DNA of 64,000 nt from a virus: the IMG/VR virus record IMGVR_UViG_3300021505_000001, positions 1 through 64,000 of that record, one strand, 5' to 3'. The notes beneath the pieces are model-generated. The model had not been told where the DNA came from. It saw only the letters and a list, made by a program, of their open reading frames with translations, and made no database searches. Numbering within the stretch: position 1 is the stretch's first letter; every line of letters begins with the position of its first letter. Shown one piece after another: positions 27,187 through 36,024 of this stretch. A program made the translations under genes and the position numbers.

Positions 27187-27585
27187 ATGAGTAAAAAGAA
27201 AAAACGTATTTCTGTGGCTTCTGCTAAAAGTAAAGCCAGACGTTTACAGAATTGGACTGCTGAACAAATATCTAATCTTATAGGGCTTCCTTGGGGAAAA
27301 GATGAGATGATAGCTCCTCGTGAAATGGGACAGCCTGGTGTTGATGTACGTCTTGTGGGTAAAGCCAAAAAAATGTTCCCCTTTTCTGTAGAATGTAAAT
27401 GGCAAGAAAAATGGCATATATTAAGTTGGATAAAGCAAGCTAAAGAAAATACTTATGCAAATACAGATTGGATGCTTGTAGTGAAGAAAAATAGGCATGA
27501 ACCAATAATAGTATTAGATGCAGAAGTATTTTTTTCAATTTTAGATAAAATAAAAGATAAGGAGATAGAAAAAAATGACAAGTAA
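27187..27585 (+). CDS. Holliday junction resolvase-like PD-(D/E)XK nuclease
   Basis: AKSKARRLQ, GVDV, SVECK motifs. Confidence 0.75.
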   Translation: MSKKKKRISVASAKSKARRLQNWTAEQISNLIGLPWGKDEMIAPREMGQPGVDVRLVGKAKKMFPFSVECKWQEKWHILSWIKQAKENTYANTDWMLVVKKNRHEPIIVLDAEVFFSILDKIKDKEIEKNDK

Positions 27586-28408
27586 AGAGTTTTTTGAAAA
27601 AGCATTAGCAGAATTTAATGAGTGTGAAATTATTGAAAAAAAGTTTGTATTTGAAGGTGAAATTACAGAAGCAACTTTTAAAACTATAGTGAATAAGTTT
27701 ATGGATGCAATTGAATTGACACCAGCATCTAAAGAACATCTTCTCCCAGATTCAGTAATAGCTTTTTATAATGGTGTTTGTGATAATTTGATATCTATTA
27801 TTAGTCCAGATGATAAAATTGGTATATCTTCTGTAAAAAGTAAAAGAAGTACAGCGTCAGTAGTTTCTGATACGGTAAAGATTGAGAAAGAGGAAGAATC
27901 TGAAATTTCAGATACTTCATCAGAAGAGGAAGTAGTTATTACAGTATCTAAAGATGAAGAGGAAGATAAAACTTCTAATTCTGTTGACTCCTCAGATGCA
28001 AAAGAAACAGAAAAGGAGGAATTAAAGGAGGATACTCCTTTTGTAGTAGAAGAGGAAGATACTGCTAAGGAAAAGGAGGTTACTCCTTCTATAGAAGAGA
28101 AGGAAGAATTAAAAGAAAAGATACCTGAAGAAACAAGTAAGCCACCTGTTAAAACTAGGAAACCAAGAAAAAACGTAAATAAATATGGTCACCGTTTAGG
28201 GTCTAATGCTGAAAAAATGGACCCAATTTTTGAGAAAGGATTGACACAAGATGAAATAGTAAAGCAAATTGCAGAAATGTTTGATATAACAGAGGAAAAT
28301 GCTGTTAAGAAAATGAGGTCTCATTTGTTTAATTTAAAGAAGAAAGGAACTTGTGAAATTATAAAAGATAAGTCTGCAAAAACAATAAAGATTGTACCCA
28401 AAAAGTAA
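27575..28408 (+). CDS. acidic low-complexity protein with a putative C-terminal DNA-binding domain
   Basis: Glu/Ser-rich linker and basic helical C-terminus. Confidence 0.65.
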   Translation: MTSKEFFEKALAEFNECEIIEKKFVFEGEITEATFKTIVNKFMDAIELTPASKEHLLPDSVIAFYNGVCDNLISIISPDDKIGISSVKSKRSTASVVSDTVKIEKEEESEISDTSSEEEVVITVSKDEEEDKTSNSVDSSDAKETEKEELKEDTPFVVEEEDTAKEKEVTPSIEEKEELKEKIPEETSKPPVKTRKPRKNVNKYGHRLGSNAEKMDPIFEKGLTQDEIVKQIAEMFDITEENAVKKMRSHLFNLKKKGTCEIIKDKSAKTIKIVPKK

Positions 28409-28443
28409 CAGATGTTTTTCTTTAGATAGTTTATGAGAGAGAA

Positions 28444-29811
28444 ATGAAACCAAGAAGAGTTATAATTGAAGTAGTTAATCCTGTAGAAAGTCGTATTAAT
28501 AAAGAGTCTATTTCTTTTGTGAATAAATGTATGACTTATACCGATGTGTGTTATATTTCTACTGGATTTGGGAAAAAACGTGTTGAAAAATTAAGGTCTT
28601 TTCTTAGAGATGGAGAAAAATTTCCTACAGGGTTAATTAATAGAGTTTTAAATTATTGTCGGGTTAATGGTGTTCCTTATAAATTAATTGGAAAGAATGA
28701 ATGGGATATTCCAATAAAGGAAGTGCCTATACTTAAGGGAATTACTTTTCGTGAAGATCAAATCAAAATTTTAAACAGTTTCTATCATAACAAAAGGGGG
28801 GTTATTTTATCACCTACTGGTTCTGGTAAAACCATATTGGCTTTTGGAATTCTGTCAATGTTAAAAGATTATAAGACACTTATAATTATACACAATACGG
28901 ATATTATTCATCAATTCTTAGAAGATTCTAAGAAATTTGGGTTTAACATGACAGAATTTACAGGTGATGTTAAAGATATGTCTGGTGATGTAGTAATAGC
29001 TACACGTCAGACTTTAGCAAAAATAGACCCTAAGAAGTATGCGGCAGAATTTGAAGCTGTTATAATTGATGAGTGTCATCATGTACAAGACCCTGATGGA
29101 GAGTATAGTCATATTTTATCCCATTTAATGTCACCAATAAGAATAGGGTTTACAGCAACTTTACCAAAGAAAAGAAAAAAACTTCTTAATATTGAGGGTT
29201 TGCTTGGAGAAGTTATAGCTAATCTTACAATTCAAGAAGCTATTGATAAGGGGATTATCGTGAAACCAAAGATAACTTTAATTTCTGTTCCGTTAAATGA
29301 ATCTATTGCGACTAAAGTCTCGAATTATCGTAGTATGTATGCTCAAGGTATTGTCAAAAATAAATTAAGGAATAGACTTATTTGTAAAGCAGTTAAGGAA
29401 AGAAGTGAAAAAGGCAAAACAACTCTAATTATTATAAAAAAGATAGAACATGCTAAGATACTTAAACAAATAGCTGAGAGTAAATATAACTTTTCTCCTG
29501 TTATAGTTTATGGTAATACTGCAAAAGAGGATAGAAATAAAATCAAAAATTTTCTTAACAAGAAAAGTATTTCTTGTGTTATTTGTTCTGATGTATGGAG
29601 AGAAGGTATAAATATACCTTCTCTTAATTCAGTGATAAATGCTGCTGGTCTTAAAGATGAAATACAAACAATACAAGCTATTGGAAGGGGTTTACGAACT
29701 AGTCAAGGAAAAATGCATCTTGAATTAGTAGATTTCCTTGATCCCTATCGTTGGTTATCTAATCATACAGTATTACGCCTACAGATTTATGTTAATTATG
29801 GATGGCTTTAA
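28444..29811 (+). CDS. UvsW-like superfamily 2 helicase
   Basis: PTGSGKT, DECH, GFTAT, EGINIPSL, QAIGRGLR. Confidence 0.9.
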   Translation: MKPRRVIIEVVNPVESRINKESISFVNKCMTYTDVCYISTGFGKKRVEKLRSFLRDGEKFPTGLINRVLNYCRVNGVPYKLIGKNEWDIPIKEVPILKGITFREDQIKILNSFYHNKRGVILSPTGSGKTILAFGILSMLKDYKTLIIIHNTDIIHQFLEDSKKFGFNMTEFTGDVKDMSGDVVIATRQTLAKIDPKKYAAEFEAVIIDECHHVQDPDGEYSHILSHLMSPIRIGFTATLPKKRKKLLNIEGLLGEVIANLTIQEAIDKGIIVKPKITLISVPLNESIATKVSNYRSMYAQGIVKNKLRNRLICKAVKERSEKGKTTLIIIKKIEHAKILKQIAESKYNFSPVIVYGNTAKEDRNKIKNFLNKKSISCVICSDVWREGINIPSLNSVINAAGLKDEIQTIQAIGRGLRTSQGKMHLELVDFLDPYRWLSNHTVLRLQIYVNYGWL

Positions 29812-30521
29812 CTACCATATGTATAAGAATCTCTATTATTCCATATTTTATCAAATGCAGCTGTTCCACCTGCAAATTTTACTGATGTTAGGTTTCCATT
29901 ACCATCGTATTCCATTTTCCGTATTTGCCATACAGGGTCAGTTTCTTCCGAGCCCGGTTGAGCATATCCAGCATAAATAATATTATTTCCACCTTCATAA
30001 TCAAGTCTTGTTGTCATATTATCAATTCCAGAAGAGGAAGTTCCACTTCCACCACTACTACTTGTAGCATATTGGGTTCTAATTCCCCATTGTGATCTTA
30101 CAACAATAGCTTCTACGCTTTCTGTATTGGTGGAGGGACCCTCTAATGTTATTGTATCTATTAAAGGATACTCTTGCATATCTATATCTATTGCACCTAA
30201 AGAATCACCAATATCTGCTATGGTATTTACTACTAAGGTGTTAGATATCATGTTTATACGAATTATTCCATCTCCAGTACCCTTAAGTATACTGATATAC
30301 GCATAATCTTTAATATTAATTTGAACTTTACCACCGGGTGGAATTATTGGACGTAGAGTATTTGTTATTTGTGCATCTATATCAGAAGCATCTGTGAGTT
30401 GAAAATCACTCCATTCAGATGGTAATACAAAAGGTGTGGTTATTACATCTCCTGGTTCTGCATGTATTTGATATGTATTGTTTACAAAAGTTATACTACC
30501 ATTATATTGATATGTTGGCAT
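29808..30521 (-). CDS. putative virion structural protein
   Basis: Beta-rich composition; C-terminal YAGYAQPG...WQIRK...WNNRDSYTY module seen in phage virion proteins. Confidence 0.6.
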   Translation of the reverse strand: MPTYQYNGSITFVNNTYQIHAEPGDVITTPFVLPSEWSDFQLTDASDIDAQITNTLRPIIPPGGKVQINIKDYAYISILKGTGDGIIRINMISNTLVVNTIADIGDSLGAIDIDMQEYPLIDTITLEGPSTNTESVEAIVVRSQWGIRTQYATSSSGGSGTSSSGIDNMTTRLDYEGGNNIIYAGYAQPGSEETDPVWQIRKMEYDGNGNLTSVKFAGGTAAFDKIWNNRDSYTYGS

Positions 30522-30620
30522 TTTGAACTCCTTTTGTTATTTCTTTTTTTAATGTTTTCAGTTAGATATTTTCCTTGAAATGTTTTTTATCTTTATTTTT
30601 ATATTTTTTTGATTTCTGAC

Positions 30621-30649
30621 TTGACATATAACTTTATTAAGTGTATATT
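30621..30649 (+). promoter_or_regulatory. sigma70-type promoter
   Basis: TTGACA-17 bp-TATATT. Confidence 0.8.
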
Positions 30650-30693
30650 TATTTCAAAGTTAATTGTTATTTTAAATCTCAAGGAGGTATAAA

Positions 30694-31563
30694 ATGAAAA
30701 TAGGTGGAACTTTTATCCCTGAAACAATTTCAGCAAATATACAGACAGTTGAACTCCCTGATGGTTCTACATGTACACCGGGAAATATTTATGGACGCAC
30801 TGTACCTTTGGTAAACATAGAAAATCAATGGAATCTTGTTCCAACAGTAAAATCATGTAGGTATACTTATCTTCATCATCGTGATGCTATATCAAGTTTT
30901 GTAAACAATGTGGATAAAGTTCTTGATAATTATCCAGAACGTCCAGATATTCAATATAAGGTAAAGTTTTATAATAACTATGCCAAGATGCTTGTACATG
31001 CTATTCCTGAGATTGACTATAAACTTGATAATATAGAGCCTTTTGAGACACAATTGCCAACAACATACTATAAGAGTGACAATGGTAATGCAAATGAAAC
31101 TTTCCGTCCTCGCATTACAATGATAAATGATTTTAATAGTACTTGTATTATTGAATTTGGACTTTTCCGTTCAATTTGTAAGAATGGAATGGCTTTTGGA
31201 AGGGTTTTGAAAAACCGTGTAAGATTTACCCATCTCGATCGGAAAATAGAAAATACATTTCAGGTTACTACTAAGGATTTTTTGGACAATATTTTTGATA
31301 AACATCTTATTGAGACTATATTTAATAATCTCAATTCCAAAGAAGTTGAAAAAGATGCTTTTATGGAAACTTTGGAAGGTTCTATAGGTGTAAGAGCAAG
31401 AAAGGCAGTCGATAACACTTTTGATATGGAAAATGCCAGAAGTACAATTACACTTTGGGTAGCCTATAATATTCTTACATGGGCACTTACACATAAAATA
31501 AAGAATGAATTGAAAGCTCATCATTTAGCGGCTCGTTTTATGGAAAAATATATCGGTGGTTAA
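30694..31563 (+). CDS. DUF932-like protein
   Basis: GLFRSICKNGM, FTH, TLWVAYNILTWALTH motifs. Confidence 0.7.
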   Translation: MKIGGTFIPETISANIQTVELPDGSTCTPGNIYGRTVPLVNIENQWNLVPTVKSCRYTYLHHRDAISSFVNNVDKVLDNYPERPDIQYKVKFYNNYAKMLVHAIPEIDYKLDNIEPFETQLPTTYYKSDNGNANETFRPRITMINDFNSTCIIEFGLFRSICKNGMAFGRVLKNRVRFTHLDRKIENTFQVTTKDFLDNIFDKHLIETIFNNLNSKEVEKDAFMETLEGSIGVRARKAVDNTFDMENARSTITLWVAYNILTWALTHKIKNELKAHHLAARFMEKYIGG

Positions 31564-31583
31564 TGTCAAAGTAATATCTCCTG

Positions 31584-31625
31584 TTTACCCGATAGAAGAA
31601 TTTTCTTTTATCGGGTAAAAAATTT
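31584..31625. terminator. hairpin/terminator
   Basis: TTTACCCGATA...TATCGGGTAAA. Confidence 0.55.
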
Positions 31626-31758
31626 ATTTTTTTCTCTTGACAAACTGATATTAAATGTTTATATTTATATAAAAGTTAAATAAAAATTCATTTTTTTATT
31701 AAAGTTTTTTCTTGACATACCGATATATATAATATACATTAAGAGAAAAACTTAGACA
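31617..31758 (+). promoter_or_regulatory. tandem sigma70-type promoter cassette, copy 2
   Basis: TTGACA(31637)-17-TATATT and TTGACA(31712)-17-TACATT; matches 9888-10048. Confidence 0.8.
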
Positions 31759-31770
31759 GGAGGTATTCTT

Positions 31771-32136
31771 ATGACTAACGAAGAAATTAAAAATATGGTG
31801 GACGAAGCTGGAAGACTTGATGAACAAATAAAGTCTCTTACCAAAGAAAGAGATAAACTTACTAAGAAACTTAAGAAAGAAGCCAAAATTTCTGATGTTT
31901 CTGTCCTTATTGGGAATATATTTAAGTATGTCCTTTCTGATGTTGAAACTATTGATATAGAACCTACGGATCTTTTGGATGTTTGTGGATTTGATAAGTT
32001 TATACAGTTGGTAAAAGTAAAGATTCAGGAAGCCAGAAAGCGTCTTGGTGAGGATGTAGTTTCTAATATTGGAATTGTGGAAGTAAAGAAGAAGCACAAA
32101 GGTTCTTTCAAGAAATTGGAATCTGAGGATTCTTAA
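31771..32136 (+). CDS. hypothetical protein
   Basis: 121-aa ORF, AGGAGG RBS, strong promoters, terminator. Confidence 0.8.
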   Translation: MTNEEIKNMVDEAGRLDEQIKSLTKERDKLTKKLKKEAKISDVSVLIGNIFKYVLSDVETIDIEPTDLLDVCGFDKFIQLVKVKIQEARKRLGEDVVSNIGIVEVKKKHKGSFKKLESEDS

Positions 32137-32140
32137 ACAG

Positions 32141-32174
32141 AAAAAGGAGTTGCTAATTAAGCAACTCCTTTTTT
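32141..32174. terminator. bidirectional intrinsic terminator
   Basis: AAAAAGGAGTTGCT-AATTA-AGCAACTCCTTTTTT between convergent genes. Confidence 0.9.
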
Positions 32175-32186
32175 ATTGTGTGTAAT

Positions 32187-33179
32187 TTATGCTGATTCAC
32201 CAGTAAGAGCATGTATAAATTGATTTGTTGTGCTTGAACATCCCGCAGGAACAATTCTACGGAACCATATAGGTATAGCTGATGGATGAGTACTAAATAC
32301 TATAGTGTCTCCTGAAGCCCATGTTCCACCCCATCCGGCTGATTCAAGTGTAAAATAAGGGTGTCCTGAAAAATCAGGATTATCAGGAGAAAAATCAGTT
32401 GATATATCTCCTGAACCAATATTGCCCACGATATTGCCAGAGCAAATAAATTGAGTGGAGTTACTAAAAGTTATTGTCCATTCTTGTTCTATACAACCAA
32501 TATTATCAAGAATTGGAGGATGTGTAGTTTCATCATAAGTTCCTGAAGTAGAAGTTTCAGTCCAATTATCCCAACTTGTGTGAATATTTCCAACAGATAA
32601 AACACTACTTACAACTGAATCGGAATTGTAATTATTATTTACCATATCACCTGTTCCGTTATCAAGAGTAATAGTTACTTGATCTCCTGATACAGAGACA
32701 GTAATATTTTCATGAAACTCTTCATTTACTCCATCTCCTATCCATATAGAATCCCCATTCTGAAATATTTCAGAGGCTATTGAAGCACTTTCAACAGTAA
32801 TATCAAATGAAGTTGCTCCAGCAGCTACATTGTTTGTCATCCAACCATTACCATAATGTCTTTCAGTACCAGTTAAATCATCCTCAACATCTGTTTGAGT
32901 TCCAAGAAAGCATGTAACATAATCTTCTCCATTTGTGAATTGTCTTATGTAAATTTTAGAATCAAATAAAGTTCCATTTTCAGCATCGGCTACTTTCCAA
33001 AAAACTTTTCTAAGTTTTGTACTTCCAGTTTGTCTTTCACTATCAGGAACATCAGGAAAAATATTGTTTTTAAGACCTGATAAAGAAGGGTTACTTGTCA
33101 TGATTCCACCGTTTAAGCTAGAATCATCTACCATATATTGTGATTTATAAACCAAAAGTTCTGAGCTTGTAATTGGCAT
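32187..33179 (-). CDS. putative tail/virion structural protein
   Basis: NGG...NNIFPDV...ER..G.TKLRKVFWK and AIPIWFRRIVPAG motifs typical of phage tail-associated proteins. Confidence 0.7.
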   Translation of the reverse strand: MPITSSELLVYKSQYMVDDSSLNGGIMTSNPSLSGLKNNIFPDVPDSERQTGSTKLRKVFWKVADAENGTLFDSKIYIRQFTNGEDYVTCFLGTQTDVEDDLTGTERHYGNGWMTNNVAAGATSFDITVESASIASEIFQNGDSIWIGDGVNEEFHENITVSVSGDQVTITLDNGTGDMVNNNYNSDSVVSSVLSVGNIHTSWDNWTETSTSGTYDETTHPPILDNIGCIEQEWTITFSNSTQFICSGNIVGNIGSGDISTDFSPDNPDFSGHPYFTLESAGWGGTWASGDTIVFSTHPSAIPIWFRRIVPAGCSSTTNQFIHALTGESA

Positions 33180-33418
33180 TTTTGTTTTCTCCTTATGTTA
33201 CAAAATTTAGTTTGTTTTTAAAGGCTTTTTACTTATAATGTTTTAAGAGAAATCAATTGAAAATCAAGTATAGACTTGTAATTTGGTTTTTTATTTATAA
33301 ATAATTATATTCTATCTTATGGAAATGATTTGCATATTTATAAATAATTTTGTATGATGATTATATGACTAAAGAAGGTTCAATAAATTTTTCAGTATTA
33401 TAGGAGGTTTACATTATT

Positions 33419-34513
33419 GTGTCACTACAATATCAAATTGATATTAAAGAACAAACTTCTAATAATCATGGTGATCAAAGGGGTATATTTGTACAGGGTA
33501 ACGTAAATAAAAGACGTAGAAAACGAAAAGGTAAGAAAAAATTTAAATCTAAAATTCCAACTATTGAAAGAGTAATTTATATTCTTGAAACAGGTAAATT
33601 AAAAGATTTTACACATCCAAAAGAGGTTGATCCTTATTGGGGGAATTTATATAAACAGTATGAATATTTATGTTACATGAATTTTTATATAAGAAAGGTA
33701 CTAAAGCTATCAAAAATAAATAATCCAACAGTGTATATATGTAAAGATATAGAAATATTATTGTTACAAGTTGAAAAAATAAAGCAACGCCTTTTTAAAC
33801 ATATGATAAATGCTATGTTTATCATGTATGGTTCTGTGATACAATCCCGTTTTTATGGATGGAAAAAATATTCTGATGAGTTTACATCAGCATTTAATGA
33901 AATATCTGCATCGAATATAAAAAATATTCGTTTTGATATTGATAGAACTCGTTGTTCTGTGTATTTCTATCAGGCATTTTGGCTTAATGGTTTATCTATT
34001 ATAAAGAAAATATCAGATAGGTTAAAAAAGCAGTATGAAGATAACGAACAGATTTTTGCTAATAAAGAAAAAGCTTCACAGGATTATGAGAAAGAGTTTA
34101 GTGATTATATAGAAAATGAGACATCCAAATTTATTGATAATTTTAATGCATTAGAGAACAATAAAAGAAAGCGTATTTCTGTAGATACTGAAATAGAAAT
34201 GATAAAAGCTGAAGTTAGAGGAGAGTTACCAACAGTAAAAGAAAATGAAACTGATACTGAAGAGGAGTTGCTTAATGTAAGTAATAATGACTCTCAAGAA
34301 ATGTCTCCTACACAAAAACAAATTCTGTGTGAAAATGTTTTAAAATCTCTTCTTGAAAAATTAAACATAGATATAGATTATATATATGGTAGTAATACTA
34401 AGAATCTTGAATCACTAGTGAGGTTTATACGAAAGAAGATACGGAAAAATGAAATTGAGGTTACAAAAGATATGTTAAAACTACAGAATTTGTTTAGAAA
34501 AACTACTTTTTAA
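33419..34513 (+). CDS. putative T4 gp55-like late sigma factor
   Basis: SRFYGWKKYSDEF...NIRFDIDRTRCSVYFYQAFWLNGLSIIKK resembles the gp55 region-2 pattern (FD...YFTQ). Confidence 0.45.
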   Translation: MSLQYQIDIKEQTSNNHGDQRGIFVQGNVNKRRRKRKGKKKFKSKIPTIERVIYILETGKLKDFTHPKEVDPYWGNLYKQYEYLCYMNFYIRKVLKLSKINNPTVYICKDIEILLLQVEKIKQRLFKHMINAMFIMYGSVIQSRFYGWKKYSDEFTSAFNEISASNIKNIRFDIDRTRCSVYFYQAFWLNGLSIIKKISDRLKKQYEDNEQIFANKEKASQDYEKEFSDYIENETSKFIDNFNALENNKRKRISVDTEIEMIKAEVRGELPTVKENETDTEEELLNVSNNDSQEMSPTQKQILCENVLKSLLEKLNIDIDYIYGSNTKNLESLVRFIRKKIRKNEIEVTKDMLKLQNLFRKTTF

Positions 34514-35546
34514 TCTTTTTAGAAGCCCTTAAATTATTTTCATGTAAATAAAAAATGGGGTTTTCAGATACATAAGTTCCTGCTATTTTATCATAACTAG
34601 GTGTTTTTTTGCCTTCCCTCAAATTTTTTAATGTTTCCTCAACTGCTTTCATAGTTGACCCAGTAGTACTTGAATCATCAAGCAGGAAGTATTTAGCCTT
34701 AGCTATATCAGTAAATTTATTGAAATCACCATTTAAATATTTTTCTGTGAATCTTTCTTGAATATAATTTTCACGTAAATGAAAAGGAAATTTTTTTATT
34801 TGAAATTCTTTTTCACCAAGAGTTACCACTTTAATATCATGTGAGATTCTTGCTTTTAGATCATGTAAAGCTTGATACTTTTTTGGGTATCTTTTTTTAT
34901 TGGTTTTTTCAATTTCATTATTTATTTTTTCTAATTGTTTTTTGCGCCAAGCATTTATGCTGTCAGATAAATTTTTAGCAGTTTTACCCAATAATGTATT
35001 TTTAGATGTTTTCCCTTTTGTAACAGGAGGTAGTATAATATAATGGGAATCTGTTAATAATTCATGGAACCTTGGGTTTTCAAAGAATCCTTTTAATAAT
35101 TTGTTTGTATAGAAGTCTGTTAGTTTTTTGGGGGGAGAATCTTTTTCACGAGCAAGGATTTTTGTAATACTTTTATCATATTTATTGATTGTAACAACAT
35201 AGCTGTTTTTTATTTTTGAAAAAGAATAGAAAGGATTTAGGTGGGTTCCTACCTTTCTGGTAGCATCTTCCATCATACTCTTAAAAGTAATATCCTCTAC
35301 TTTTTTGGAAGTTGTTTTCTTTTTAGGGAGTATTTTGTTTATAAATTCATTTGGTTTCACGAGAGTTTTTTGAAACCATACAGATTTTTTGTAGCGGGGG
35401 TCTTTTGCTATATGAGGTAAGATTTTAGGGACTAATCTTGTTTTATCCCCTTTTTTCTCAAGGAAACGACTATGAAGGAGAGATGGAATCAACAAATTTC
35501 TTCCAGTTGTTAAATACTTTTTCTTTGTCCAAATTTTCACTGTCAT
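34503..35546 (-). CDS. Lys-rich protein with a C-terminal type I phosphoribosyltransferase motif
   Basis: YFLLDDSSTTGSTMKAV PRPP-binding loop; IILPP hood-like segment. Confidence 0.7.
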   Translation of the reverse strand: MTVKIWTKKKYLTTGRNLLIPSLLHSRFLEKKGDKTRLVPKILPHIAKDPRYKKSVWFQKTLVKPNEFINKILPKKKTTSKKVEDITFKSMMEDATRKVGTHLNPFYSFSKIKNSYVVTINKYDKSITKILAREKDSPPKKLTDFYTNKLLKGFFENPRFHELLTDSHYIILPPVTKGKTSKNTLLGKTAKNLSDSINAWRKKQLEKINNEIEKTNKKRYPKKYQALHDLKARISHDIKVVTLGEKEFQIKKFPFHLRENYIQERFTEKYLNGDFNKFTDIAKAKYFLLDDSSTTGSTMKAVEETLKNLREGKKTPSYDKIAGTYVSENPIFYLHENNLRASKKIKK

Positions 35547-35970
35547 TGTTTATAATAGCCCCCATAATAGGGATATTTTTTTTCTCTGCTTTTTTAATAG
35601 TATCCCAAGTTCCTGAACTCGAAGATTTTGGAAAAGCCACGATAACATCTGAAGTATCAACAATTTTTGTATTTCTAATTGGTCCAGCGGCTCTACCAAT
35701 GTTTTTCCAATCAGCATTTATTACATACATAGGTAATTTTATTTCAGAAGCCCATCTTTCAGCCATAGAATCCACACCTTTAGCTCCACCACTAACTATA
35801 GCTATATTTTCTTTGTCTAACATAAAAGCTTCCCTTACAGCTAAGTAAACAGCAGAAAGTATACTATCAAACTCTTTAAAATTATTCCAACTACGAGACC
35901 CTGAAACACCAATAAAGAAAAATTTATCTTTATCTTTAGGAACTTTATTGAGAAGCTCTATTTTTTTCAT
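35470..35970 (-). CDS. SLOG superfamily protein (DUF2493/DprA-like Rossmannoid)
   Basis: GVSGSR, VSGGAKGVD, AAGPIRN, VAFP...SGTWDTI. Confidence 0.88.
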   Translation of the reverse strand: MKKIELLNKVPKDKDKFFFIGVSGSRSWNNFKEFDSILSAVYLAVREAFMLDKENIAIVSGGAKGVDSMAERWASEIKLPMYVINADWKNIGRAAGPIRNTKIVDTSDVIVAFPKSSSSGTWDTIKKAEKKNIPIMGAIINNDSENLDKEKVFNNWKKFVDSISPS

Positions 35971-36024
35971 AAGTAAACTCCTTTTTAGTATTTTAGATAA
36001 ATATACTATAAAGTTTTAAGTTTA

